This document shows, piece after piece, positions 44,850 to 55,278 of a stretch of DNA of 64,000 nucleotides. The stretch lies in assembly GCA_012837335.1 (NCBI GenBank), contig DURM01000008.1:2224-66223 (forward strand). The letters are read 5' to 3'. The DNA comes from Bacillota bacterium. GTDB lineage: Bacteria > Bacillota > Limnochordia > Darwinibacteriales > DTU012. Both the position numbers and the translations under genes were made by a program. Each line of letters starts with the position of its first letter. The first letter of the stretch is position 1. Below the pieces are notes generated by a model. The model made no database searches, was not told where the DNA came from, and saw only the letters and a program-made list of their open reading frames with translations.

Positions 44850-47753
44850 CTATTGACCCTCCTTTTCCCAATCCCAAGGCTCATTAACCACTGGAATACT
44901 AAACTCTACTACTCGTTCGCCCTCTTCGTTAATTAAACCAAACTCAAGCTGTTTGCGGAGCAGTTCGCGGCGGACATTCCGGTCTGCTTCATGCAGAGCC
45001 AGCCGCGTATTTTGGGCTCCTGACGCAGTGCCGATTACCACGCGGTTCCAAGCAAAGGACAGCTCCCGCTCGAGAATGTAGCCGCCTGGTACTTGGGGAA
45101 CGTCTTTGAGCCAGCGCCACTGTTCTTTAATCGTCTCTAATTCTTCTAAGGTCCAGGGAATCTGAGTAATAGCTGCTAAGTTGGCCGTATTCCAGCGATA
45201 AGCCACACTGAACATGGCTTCCACTTCGTTGCCGAAGCGAGCCTGTACTTCTGCTGAAGTCCACCACTTAATCCATTCCCAAGCTTCTTCTTTATGATCA
45301 CTTAATTCAAACATAATAATCGACTGCATCGCCCCGGGTGCCCAGCGGACAGTTTCGCCATCATCTTTCTTAACTCCAGGCATGGGCGCAATGCCCCACA
45401 GCTCCCGCAACTCAGGAGCAGCAGCTTTCAGCTGGACAAAAGTGTTGTAATCCGAGACACCAAGCGGTATATCTCCCGAGCGGAAGTTCTGGAAAAACCA
45501 TGCTACGAAGTTATCTAAGGCATAAACCGTATATAGATCGGTTAAACGCCTGAAGCCGGTGAGGGCTTCGGGAGTTAACAGACTTGTGCGCAGTCCATCA
45601 GGTGAGTAAAGCTCAGCATCCGCTTGATAGAAAAATGGCGCCATAACATTTAAGGCTTTGATACCGGTACCGGCTGAAACCGGAATGTAGAAATTCATGC
45701 CCATCTGCTGAAGCAGCGGCAAGAGTTCAACAACGTCATCCCAGGTATCCGGAAGCTCGATGCCCAATTCCTCAACAATGTCTTTGCGATAAAACAAGAC
45801 CCAGAAATTTTGGGTTTCGGGCATGGCGTAAACGCCATCTAAATAGTGATAGGACAAGAATGCGCCGGGATGGAAGCGAGCAGCCACCTCGTCAAAATCC
45901 GGAAACTGCGTTAAATCAACCAGCGCACCCCGGCTCGCTAAGTTAAACGGTGTAGTATACCAGACACTCGCCGCCAAATCCGGGGGAGTTCCATTGGAAT
46001 TAGCCAAAATCAATTGGTCTTCTCGAGGCATTAAGCTGAACGCCACTTTGATGCCGGTTTGGGGTGTAAACCACTGATCGGTAAGCTGCTGCATCACCGA
46101 GACGAAGTCTCGTCCCCGGCCGACCCAAATCTCTAAGGTATCTTCATCGCCTAAGCCAACAGCATTATAATTTTTAAAGAATGACTGGACAAAGTTTTTA
46201 ATCGTGACCCAGGTCCGCGCTGCAAAGCTCGATTTGCCCGGCGGCAGCGGATGCCCCGGTGATGTAATGAAGATTTTATCGATCTGCAGCGGTTCATCCT
46301 GAAGCGATAGAATCACGTTGCCAATCACTTCCGAAATCGAACCCGAATCAACTGATAGCTGAGTATAGCGAAGCGGCAGCATTTCCGGCTCTTCTGCTAG
46401 AGCTTCCAGCTGTTCCGCGCTGACAATTAGGTTGGCTGCAGCATCAGGAGCTCTGCCGGTAATGGCTTTTAATCTCTGATACTCTGCTCTAAGCCGCGCT
46501 GCGCTGTCTAAAATCCGATCAATTGCATCCGGTATCTGCTTATCCAAATCCCAATCCCGATACCGATCCGGGTTGCGGCCGGTGGCCATGGCGATACTGA
46601 TGGATAAGTCCCGCAGATCGGAGATTACATCTAAAATAGTATTGATTGTCGGCTGAACAACCTGATTAATCGCAGTTAAGCGCAGTTTGTGCGTTCCTTT
46701 GGTGAGGTAAAAGAGCATCGGCTCACCATCAGCAGCTTCAAAGAAAGTTGACTGCCAGTTTTGATCATAATGAAATGAATACAGCAGCAGTTCTGGTGCG
46801 GGGACTTGATCATCGATTTCGATTTTGCGGTAGGTAGGCATGTTATGCTTAAAGTTCTGGGCAAATCGAAGCCCGATCTGGTAATAGCCATCTTCTGGCA
46901 CAGTAAATTCCCACTCTGCCCACTCACCGGCAGCGTGCCAGTATAAAGTATTATAAATCGTGACACCATCTTCACGGGGAGTAACCAAGGGATCACCACT
47001 GGCGTTTACCATTACCGATGAGTGAGATTTGGAAAGCGGATTCTCGGCCTCGATTTCCAGCTTCCATTCTTTAACGGCCTTCAAATCAAGCTGGGGTTTT
47101 TGATACTCGGTCACCACCTGCGGAGGAACTAAAGCAATGCTTTTTAGAATCACGTGGGAGCGGAGTCCATGTATTCGAATTGTATGAGTGCCTTGAGAAA
47201 AATACCACTTAAAAGGTTCCACGTACTTGCCGTTAATATCGCTAAGTCTCATGGAACGCATGGTAAAAATCTGCTCTTGGAAGGCCCGTCTTTCATTATT
47301 AAAATCATCCCGCTCAAAGGGATAAACGCTGTTGCGCCACTGGCGATCCAGGGCAGTGCGGCGCGCTTCTCGAAATGGATATTCACCATTTATCTCGATG
47401 CCAATCTCAATGTTAAACATCTGGCTGCCGAGAGGCATATACTCCACCATAATATTATATAAGCCGGGTTGGTCTACAAATATTTGGTACTCAACCCAGC
47501 CGTCATCAGCCTGCCAATACAGCAAATCATCTTCTGTCCTGAATTTAGCCGGATCAGAAACTTCATTATAATAAACAGCAGGTATAATTATTCCAGTCTG
47601 GTTTAAAGGAATCTGCTGGATACCTTGGTCAATCAAATTTACAAGATAATCTCCATAGGTCGGCTCACTGAAAATACTGCTTGCAGCAGCAGAGCCGGCT
47701 AAGATTATTAGTATTAATATCAGTGCAGAGACGATTTTCCAAGACTTCTGCAT
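44850..47753 (-). CDS. Giant extracellular solute-binding protein: a roughly 480-aa N-terminal extension with two CBM-like modules, fused to a family-1 SBP domain
   Basis: 967 aa with a signal peptide that lacks Cys. An internal duplication is visible: LYWQADDGWVEYQIFVDQPGLYNIMVEY...FSQGTHTIRIHGL versus LYWHAAGEWAEWEFTVPEDGYYQIGLRF...LTKGTHKLRLTAI. The C-terminal roughly 450 aa look like SBP_bac_1. Confidence 0.7.
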   Translation of the reverse strand: MQKSWKIVSALILILIILAGSAAASSIFSEPTYGDYLVNLIDQGIQQIPLNQTGIIIPAVYYNEVSDPAKFRTEDDLLYWQADDGWVEYQIFVDQPGLYNIMVEYMPLGSQMFNIEIGIEINGEYPFREARRTALDRQWRNSVYPFERDDFNNERRAFQEQIFTMRSMRLSDINGKYVEPFKWYFSQGTHTIRIHGLRSHVILKSIALVPPQVVTEYQKPQLDLKAVKEWKLEIEAENPLSKSHSSVMVNASGDPLVTPREDGVTIYNTLYWHAAGEWAEWEFTVPEDGYYQIGLRFAQNFKHNMPTYRKIEIDDQVPAPELLLYSFHYDQNWQSTFFEAADGEPMLFYLTKGTHKLRLTAINQVVQPTINTILDVISDLRDLSISIAMATGRNPDRYRDWDLDKQIPDAIDRILDSAARLRAEYQRLKAITGRAPDAAANLIVSAEQLEALAEEPEMLPLRYTQLSVDSGSISEVIGNVILSLQDEPLQIDKIFITSPGHPLPPGKSSFAARTWVTIKNFVQSFFKNYNAVGLGDEDTLEIWVGRGRDFVSVMQQLTDQWFTPQTGIKVAFSLMPREDQLILANSNGTPPDLAASVWYTTPFNLASRGALVDLTQFPDFDEVAARFHPGAFLSYHYLDGVYAMPETQNFWVLFYRKDIVEELGIELPDTWDDVVELLPLLQQMGMNFYIPVSAGTGIKALNVMAPFFYQADAELYSPDGLRTSLLTPEALTGFRRLTDLYTVYALDNFVAWFFQNFRSGDIPLGVSDYNTFVQLKAAAPELRELWGIAPMPGVKKDDGETVRWAPGAMQSIIMFELSDHKEEAWEWIKWWTSAEVQARFGNEVEAMFSVAYRWNTANLAAITQIPWTLEELETIKEQWRWLKDVPQVPGGYILERELSFAWNRVVIGTASGAQNTRLALHEADRNVRRELLRKQLEFGLINEEGERVVEFSIPVVNEPWDWEKEGQ

Positions 47754-47784
47754 GTGACAACCCCCTTACCAGAACTGCGGTAGC

Positions 47785-47818
47785 ACGTTCGCTCCCTCCA
47801 TAAGAAGAGAGCGAACGT
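47785..47818 (-). promoter_or_regulatory. Intercistronic stem-loop after the first SBP gene (mRNA stabiliser or partial attenuator)
   Basis: ACGTTCGCTC ... GAGCGAACGT forms a 10-bp perfect stem with a 14-nt loop. No U-tract follows it on the minus strand. Confidence 0.55.
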
Positions 47819-47831
47819 TTTAACTTAAAGC

Positions 47832-49190
47832 TTATTTACCAAGTGCTGCATCAAGCTTAGCGTTGTTAGCTGCCCACGCTTCTTCAAGATATTTGTTTGC
47901 CTGCTCTACAGCTGCTGGCATAACATCCTCAAACGCAGCAGCGCCAAGTCTCAGCTGATCGCGTGCAGGTGTGATAAAGTTGTCCCAGACATAGCCCAAT
48001 TCCGGAACATAGCGGTTCGGATCAACCACGCCGCCATCCAGAGTTGCATGGACATTGCGCATGCCTGCCGGAACGTTTTCATTTCCGAAGTAAAGATCCC
48101 AAGCTTCAGGCGCATCGATGGTCGGCATACTGTAAGGAACAGGAACTTCTGCCTGCATTCTCGCTGCCCAGCCGTCTTGATCGTAGCTCATCCAGCGCAG
48201 GAAGGTGAATGCTTCTTCCGGATGCTTGGTGGTTGGAGAAATACCCATATGGTCTACGATCAGAGGAGTTGCTTGACGGGCAGGACCATGTGGATAAGGA
48301 ATGATATCCCACTCAGATTCATAGTTCTCTGTCCACCAGGAGAAGGACCAGCTCCAACCTACGTGGAACGCAGCCTTATTCTGCATCCAAGGCGAAACGT
48401 TGCCGTATGCGTCAACAAACGCCGGGTGATCCCATGGAGTCAGAATTGAACCATCAGCTAATCCAATGCTTACTGCTGCATTTTCTCTTTCCCAGCGGAT
48501 TGCAGTCTTGAGGGCTTCAATTACATTTGGGTCATCCATCATTAAGCGGGTACCATCAACACGCAGAGCATCCCAGGTAGTGCCGTCAAGATATGCCGGC
48601 GGCATAAATGCCCAGAACATCCACGGATCTTCCATGCCGTAGTAGTTTTGAGCCGGACGGTTCATTCTCTGGCAGAATGCCCACAGATCATCCCAAGTCC
48701 AGGACGGATCCGGCAGGCGCATGCCAAAGTAATTCAGAACATCGAGATTCGCCACGAGGAAGCTTGCCTGCAGTTGGAACGGCAGACCGAAATAGCGGTC
48801 TTTAAACTGCATTGGTTCAAGAGAGTTACCCCAGAACAGATCCGGATCAAAAGTTGGATCATTTTCCAAAAAGTCGGTAATATCGGCTACCCATTGATTA
48901 TAAACATACATGTTGTTGTCCATAATCCACAGGACGTCCGGAAGTGTACCGGCAGCAGCTAAAGCGGTAATCCGATCATTAAATTGTCCCGCTTCAACAT
49001 ACTCATAAGTAACGATAATGTTTGGATACATCTCCATAAACGCATCCAGGCGAGGCTCCTGCGGCTGGTCGCCGGGCCACGCCCAACCCATATACCACAG
49101 CTCAACAACATCGTCCTGAGCAACGACAAAACCGGACAAGCTGAACAGTAAAGATAATGCAAGCACTAAGCACACTACAGCTTTTCTCAT
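47832..49190 (-). CDS. Carbohydrate ABC transporter solute-binding protein (family 1)
   Basis: 452 aa with a cleavable-type signal peptide (SLSGFVVAQDD) and no lipobox Cys. The overall pattern is SBP_bac_1-like. Confidence 0.85.
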   Translation of the reverse strand: MRKAVVCLVLALSLLFSLSGFVVAQDDVVELWYMGWAWPGDQPQEPRLDAFMEMYPNIIVTYEYVEAGQFNDRITALAAAGTLPDVLWIMDNNMYVYNQWVADITDFLENDPTFDPDLFWGNSLEPMQFKDRYFGLPFQLQASFLVANLDVLNYFGMRLPDPSWTWDDLWAFCQRMNRPAQNYYGMEDPWMFWAFMPPAYLDGTTWDALRVDGTRLMMDDPNVIEALKTAIRWERENAAVSIGLADGSILTPWDHPAFVDAYGNVSPWMQNKAAFHVGWSWSFSWWTENYESEWDIIPYPHGPARQATPLIVDHMGISPTTKHPEEAFTFLRWMSYDQDGWAARMQAEVPVPYSMPTIDAPEAWDLYFGNENVPAGMRNVHATLDGGVVDPNRYVPELGYVWDNFITPARDQLRLGAAAFEDVMPAAVEQANKYLEEAWAANNAKLDAALGK

Positions 49191-49265
49191 AACAATCTCC
49201 TTTCTAAAATTTCGCTAGGTCGTTAAAAGCTGGACATTTGGGACGCTCCAAGACCACCCCCAATT

Positions 49266-50255
49266 TTAGGTTGAAGCTCTTTCAACCAGTTTAGGTGATA
49301 AAATCATTTGCTCAGGCTTGGCAGTTGGCTCCCGCAGCTTTCTGAGAAGAATTTCTGCGCTTAAAATCCCCATCTCCTGGTTTTGGATATCAATGGAGGT
49401 CAGCGGCGGATCCGTGATTTCAGTAATCAGCAGATTATCCACGCCCATTACCGCTATATCATCGGGTACCTTAAGACCCCTTTCTTTGATTCCGTGAAGT
49501 ATTTCAAGCGCCATATAATCACAGAAACAGAAAACTGCGCTGGGTTCCAACCCCTGCTCCAGAGCTTCAAACAACTTATACTTTGCATCAGTGTGGAAAG
49601 GTACTGATTTAATCCACTTCGGGTCGAGTTTAATCCCCAGTTCCTTCATTCTGGCCGCAAAACCTCGCGCCCGTAACTGCGCGCTGTAGTTAAGCGATGA
49701 GTTGATGAACAGAATCCGCTCATGTCCTTTAGCAGTTAAATGCTCAGCTGCCATTGCCCCTATTTGATAGTCATCACAGACCACATAGCTGGTATCGATT
49801 CCGGGAATTGTTCTGCCCACCAGAACGAAAGGAAGATTATTCTTTTGCAGCCTTTCAACAACTTCCGGTTTGCTCTGGACGGGAGCTAAGATCAAGCCAT
49901 CCACCCGCTGTTCCAGAAGTACAGTTATGGCTCCCGATTCCTGCTGGATATCTTCATAGGAGCTGCACAGCAGAATATTATAGCCCTGTTCCTTTAAGAC
50001 TTTTTCAATTCCGGAAACAACGTTGGCATAAAATGGGTTCTCGATTGTAGTAATGATTACTCCGATTACTCTGGTTTCTCCCGACCAGAGCCCCTTGGCC
50101 AAAGAACTGGGCACATAGCCGATCTGCTCTGCAACCTGCAGCACTCTCGCCCGAGTTTCCGGATTAACCTCCCCCCGGTTATTAATTGCTCTTGAAGCTG
50201 TCGCTAGCGAAACTCCGCTCAGCCTGGCCACGTCTTTTAGTGTAGCTGGTGCCAT
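49266..50255 (-). CDS. LacI family transcriptional regulator
   Basis: 329 aa. N-terminal HTH ATLKDVARLSGVSLATASRAINN followed by a periplasmic-binding-protein-like sugar-binding core. Confidence 0.92.
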   Translation of the reverse strand: MAPATLKDVARLSGVSLATASRAINNRGEVNPETRARVLQVAEQIGYVPSSLAKGLWSGETRVIGVIITTIENPFYANVVSGIEKVLKEQGYNILLCSSYEDIQQESGAITVLLEQRVDGLILAPVQSKPEVVERLQKNNLPFVLVGRTIPGIDTSYVVCDDYQIGAMAAEHLTAKGHERILFINSSLNYSAQLRARGFAARMKELGIKLDPKWIKSVPFHTDAKYKLFEALEQGLEPSAVFCFCDYMALEILHGIKERGLKVPDDIAVMGVDNLLITEITDPPLTSIDIQNQEMGILSAEILLRKLREPTAKPEQMILSPKLVERAST

Positions 50256-50278
50256 ATCTCTATCTCCTTTAAAATAAT

Positions 50279-50292
50279 CGGAAACGTTTACA
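50279..50292. promoter_or_regulatory. LacI-type operator 1 (minus-strand reading TGTAAACGTTTCCG)
   Basis: A palindromic AAACGTTT core, 24-37 nt upstream of the LacI start codon. Confidence 0.55.
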
Positions 50293-50312
50293 TTGTGAAG
50301 AAATTATTAACA

Positions 50313-50326
50313 CGCAAACGTTTACG
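50313..50326. promoter_or_regulatory. LacI-type operator 2 (minus-strand reading CGTAAACGTTTGCG)
   Basis: A 14-bp palindrome with one mismatch. Its centre is 34 bp from the centre of operator 1. Confidence 0.55.
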
Positions 50327-50384
50327 GTTAATTAATCATTCTACTTTCTTAACAATCTTCCTTCATCATTTCCAAAAAAAGTAA

Positions 50385-50422
50385 ACTAAAAAAGACTACC
50401 GCTGCAGGAGCGATAGTCTTTT
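50385..50422 (-). terminator. Rho-independent terminator of the glycolytic operon (after eno)
   Basis: Minus strand reads AAAAGACUA-u-CGCU-ccugc-AGCG-g-UAGUCUUUU, followed by UUAGUUUACUUUUUUU. Confidence 0.75.
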
Positions 50423-50434
50423 CATAATTGAAGT

Positions 50435-51718
<1,284 letters not shown>

Positions 51719-51743
51719 TTAATTTCCTCCTTTACTATGGTAA

Positions 51744-53285
51744 CTAGCTGGTAACAAGACTCTCTCCGGTCATTTCCTGCGGTTTTTCCAGTCCCATTAA
51801 ATCTAAAAGTGTGGGAGCAATATCCGCCAGAATTCCGGATTTTAACTGCTTGCCTTCACCGGCGTTAAAGAGCCAAATGGGAACCAGGTTAGTGGTATGA
51901 GCAGTGTGCGGCTCTTTTGTATCTGGATCCACCATCTGCTCAGCATTGCCGTGGTCAGCGGTAACAAGCGCTGCGCCGTTCTGCTGTTTCAGCGCTTCCA
52001 AGACCTTTGCCAGGCCTGTGTCAACTGCTTCTACCGCTTTCACCGCCGCTTCCATCACACCGGTATGCCCAACCATGTCGCAGTTGGCGTAGTTGAGGAT
52101 GATCAAATCATACTTGCCTTCATTGATCAACTCCACTACCGCTTCGGTTACTTCCGGGGCACTCATCTCAGGCTGGAGATCATAGGTAGCCACCTTGGGC
52201 GAAGGAATCAGTTTCCGATCTTCGCCGGGGAATGGCTGCTCGATGCCGCCGTTAAAGAAAAAGGTAACATGGGCATATTTTTCAGTCTCGGCGATGCGCA
52301 GCTGCTTTAAGTTCAGGCTGGACACATATTCGCCGAGAGTGTTTTTCAGGTCTTGAGGGGGAAACGCGTACGGCGCTTTAACAGTTACATCATATTGAGT
52401 CATGGTAATGAAGCAGAGATCAAGCTTGCCGCCGGGACGCGCAAAACCGTCAAATTCATCATTGGTAAATGCCCAGGTAAGTTCCCGAGCCCTATCAGCG
52501 CGGAAGTTAAAGTAGATTACCGCATCATTGTTTTCAATTTTGGCTGTAGGCTGCTGATTCTCATCAACAATGACAGTCGGAATTACAAACTCATCAGTTT
52601 CGCCATTTTCATAAGCGTAAGTAATGGCTGCAGAACTTGAGTCGGAGAAGCGTCCCTGCCCTGCGGTTAGAGCCAGATACGCTTTTTCTACCCGATCCCA
52701 GCGTTTATCCCGGTCCATGGCATAGTATCTGCCGGAAATTGTGGCAATTTTGCCTACGCCTATTTTCTGCATTTCTGCTTCAAGCTCGGCTAAATATTCT
52801 TTAGCACTGGATGGCGGAACATCCCTGCCGTCTAAAAAGGCGTGGACATAAACATCTGTCAATCCGCTGTCCTTAGCCATCTTCAGCAGCGCATATAAAT
52901 GGGTGGAGTGGCTGTGCACCCCGCCGGGAGAAACCAAACCCATTAAGTGCAGTTTAGTGCCCTGCTCTTTGGCGTGGTTAATAGCAGTTAACAGCTGCTC
53001 GTTTTGGAAGAAGTCTCCATCCCGCACTGCTTTAGAAATTAACGCCACATCTTGATAAACGATTCTGCCAGCGCCCAAATTTAAATGGCCGACGTTAGAA
53101 TCTCCCATTTGTCCTTCCATCAATCCCACTGCTTCACCACTGGCTTTCAAAGTGGCATGGGGACAGTTCTCCCACAACCAATTGATTGTCGGAGTATTCG
53201 CTGCTTTAGTTGCATCACCTTCTGGATAGCCGCTGAGACCAAAACCATCAAGAATGATTAGTGCAACCGGTCCTTTCTTGTTCAT
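51744..53285 (-). CDS. gpmI: 2,3-bisphosphoglycerate-independent phosphoglycerate mutase
   Basis: 513 aa. LIILDGFG...GDSNVGHLNLGAGR...ADHGNAE is typical of iPGM. Confidence 0.96.
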   Translation of the reverse strand: MNKKGPVALIILDGFGLSGYPEGDATKAANTPTINWLWENCPHATLKASGEAVGLMEGQMGDSNVGHLNLGAGRIVYQDVALISKAVRDGDFFQNEQLLTAINHAKEQGTKLHLMGLVSPGGVHSHSTHLYALLKMAKDSGLTDVYVHAFLDGRDVPPSSAKEYLAELEAEMQKIGVGKIATISGRYYAMDRDKRWDRVEKAYLALTAGQGRFSDSSSAAITYAYENGETDEFVIPTVIVDENQQPTAKIENNDAVIYFNFRADRARELTWAFTNDEFDGFARPGGKLDLCFITMTQYDVTVKAPYAFPPQDLKNTLGEYVSSLNLKQLRIAETEKYAHVTFFFNGGIEQPFPGEDRKLIPSPKVATYDLQPEMSAPEVTEAVVELINEGKYDLIILNYANCDMVGHTGVMEAAVKAVEAVDTGLAKVLEALKQQNGAALVTADHGNAEQMVDPDTKEPHTAHTTNLVPIWLFNAGEGKQLKSGILADIAPTLLDLMGLEKPQEMTGESLVTS

Positions 53286-53306
53286 AACAAAGCCCCCTAT
53301 CCTGCT

Positions 53307-54059
53307 TTACTGCTCTTTATATCGTACAATGGCAGTAAAGTCTTGAACATCTAAACTGGCGCCGCCAACCAATGCTCCATCGATTTCCGGCTGCGCCATT
53401 AATTCCTTGATATTGCCAGGTTTGACGCTGCCGCCGTATTGGATGCGGATTTGATCGGCTGTCGCCTGATCGTAAATTTCAGCCAGGGTTTTTCGGATGG
53501 TACCGATTACTGCGTTGGCATCCTCGGCACTGGCAGTTTCTCCAGTCCCGATCGCCCAAATCGGCTCATATGCGACAACAATTTCTGAAGCTTTATCTGC
53601 GCTGACGCCATCAAAAGCAGCCTTGGTCTGCCTGACAACCACTGCTTCTGTCTGATCTGCCCTGCGCTCTTCTAGAGTCTCGCCAACACAGACGATAGGT
53701 TTGAGATGGTGCTTCAATGCCAAATGGATTTTTTGATTGACCATTTCGTCAGTTTCGCCAAAAATCTGCCGCCGTTCAGAGTGACCGATAATCACATAGG
53801 TACAGCAGACATCTACCAGCATCTCTGGTGAAATCTCACCGGTGTAAGCACCGGATTCAGCGATGCTTACATTTTGAGCGCCAATTTTAACCTTATCCAT
53901 CCCTAAGCTGCAGACTGCAGATAGAGCAGTAAAAGGCGGGCAGACTACTACTTCCACATCAGTATCCTCCACAGCTCGTTCCAGGCGCTCACAGAGTTCA
54001 AGTGCTTCTGATACCGTTTTATGCATCTTCCAATTGCCCGCAATAATAGGTTTACGCAC
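53307..54059 (-). CDS. tpiA: Triosephosphate isomerase
   Basis: 250 aa with the IAGNWKMHK, IIGHSERR and AYEPIWAIGTG motifs. Confidence 0.97.
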   Translation of the reverse strand: MRKPIIAGNWKMHKTVSEALELCERLERAVEDTDVEVVVCPPFTALSAVCSLGMDKVKIGAQNVSIAESGAYTGEISPEMLVDVCCTYVIIGHSERRQIFGETDEMVNQKIHLALKHHLKPIVCVGETLEERRADQTEAVVVRQTKAAFDGVSADKASEIVVAYEPIWAIGTGETASAEDANAVIGTIRKTLAEIYDQATADQIRIQYGGSVKPGNIKELMAQPEIDGALVGGASLDVQDFTAIVRYKEQ

Positions 54060-54071
54060 TAGCCCTTCCTC

Positions 54072-55256
54072 CTATTTATCATTGAGTGCAGCTACACCAG
54101 GCAGCTCCTTGCCTTCTAAAAACTCTAACGAAGCGCCGCCGCCGGTAGAAACATGTGTCATTTTTTCAGCTAAACCGGCCTGCTCAACCGCTGCTGCGGA
54201 ATCTCCGCCGCCAATGATAGTAATTGCATCGCTTTCAGCCATAGCTTGCGCAACTTGTTTGGTGCCATTGGCAAAAGCTTCCCACTCGAACACGCCCATT
54301 GGACCGTTCCAGACTACTGTAGCTGCGCTTTTCACCGCTTCGCTGAACAGTTCAACAGTCTTGGGTCCGATATCCAGACCTTCCCAGTCAGCAGGAATTT
54401 GATCCGCTGCAACGACTTTGTTCTCAGCATCAGCTGCAAATTCTTTCGCAACAACAATGTCAACAGGAAGCAGAAGCTTAACGCCTTTAGCTTCAGCCTG
54501 CTCCATGATGGTGCGGCAGAAATCAATGCGATCAGCATCCAGAAGAGATTTGCCGATTTCATAGCCTTTGGCTTTTAAGAATGTGTAAGCCATGCCGCCG
54601 CCGATAATTAATGTGTCAACTTTATTCAACAGTGATTCAATCACTGCAATTTTATCTTGAACCTTAGCTCCGCCTAGGATTGCCACAAACGGCCGCTTTG
54701 GATCGTTAACCGCTCCGCCCAGGAACTTCAGCTCTTTTTCCATTAAAAATCCGGCAACTGCAGGCAGATAATGGGCAACTCCCTCTGTGGAAGCGTGAGC
54801 GCGGTGCGCTGTTCCGAACGCATCGTTCACGTAGACATCGCCTAAAGCTGCTAATTTCTTGGCAAATTCCGGATCATTGGCTTCTTCCTCAGCGTAGAAA
54901 CGGACATTTTCTAACAGCATCACGTCGCCGTCCTGCATTTCAGCCGCTTTAGCTTCAACTTCAGGCCCAATGCAGTCGTCAACTTTAATCACAGTTTTAC
55001 CCAAAAGCCTGCCTAAATGCTCGGCAATTGGATCCATTCGCATCGAGTCAACTACTTTGCCCTTCGGACGGCCAAAGTGAGACATTAAAATAACTTTGGC
55101 ACCCTGCTCAACTAAATATTGAATGCTGGGCAGGGCTGCGGTAATCCGTTTATCGTCAGTAATTTCTCCCTGGTCATTCATGGGAACGTTGAAATCAACA
55201 CGCATTAACACCCGTTTGCCTTTTACATCCACGTCTTGAATCATCTTTTTATTCAT
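54072..55256 (-). CDS. pgk: Phosphoglycerate kinase
   Basis: 394 aa. RVDFNVP...SHFGRPKG...[14 protein letters not shown]. Confidence 0.97.
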   Translation of the reverse strand: MNKKMIQDVDVKGKRVLMRVDFNVPMNDQGEITDDKRITAALPSIQYLVEQGAKVILMSHFGRPKGKVVDSMRMDPIAEHLGRLLGKTVIKVDDCIGPEVEAKAAEMQDGDVMLLENVRFYAEEEANDPEFAKKLAALGDVYVNDAFGTAHRAHASTEGVAHYLPAVAGFLMEKELKFLGGAVNDPKRPFVAILGGAKVQDKIAVIESLLNKVDTLIIGGGMAYTFLKAKGYEIGKSLLDADRIDFCRTIMEQAEAKGVKLLLPVDIVVAKEFAADAENKVVAADQIPADWEGLDIGPKTVELFSEAVKSAATVVWNGPMGVFEWEAFANGTKQVAQAMAESDAITIIGGGDSAAAVEQAGLAEKMTHVSTGGGASLEFLEGKELPGVAALNDK

Positions 55257-55278
55257 CCGGATACCTCCTAACTCAGTT

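Noticed and set aside
54034-54402. 122-aa plus-strand ORF across the tpiA/pgk junction
   Set aside because: It is antisense to two highly conserved glycolytic genes and is an Ala/Ser/Pro-rich shadow translation.
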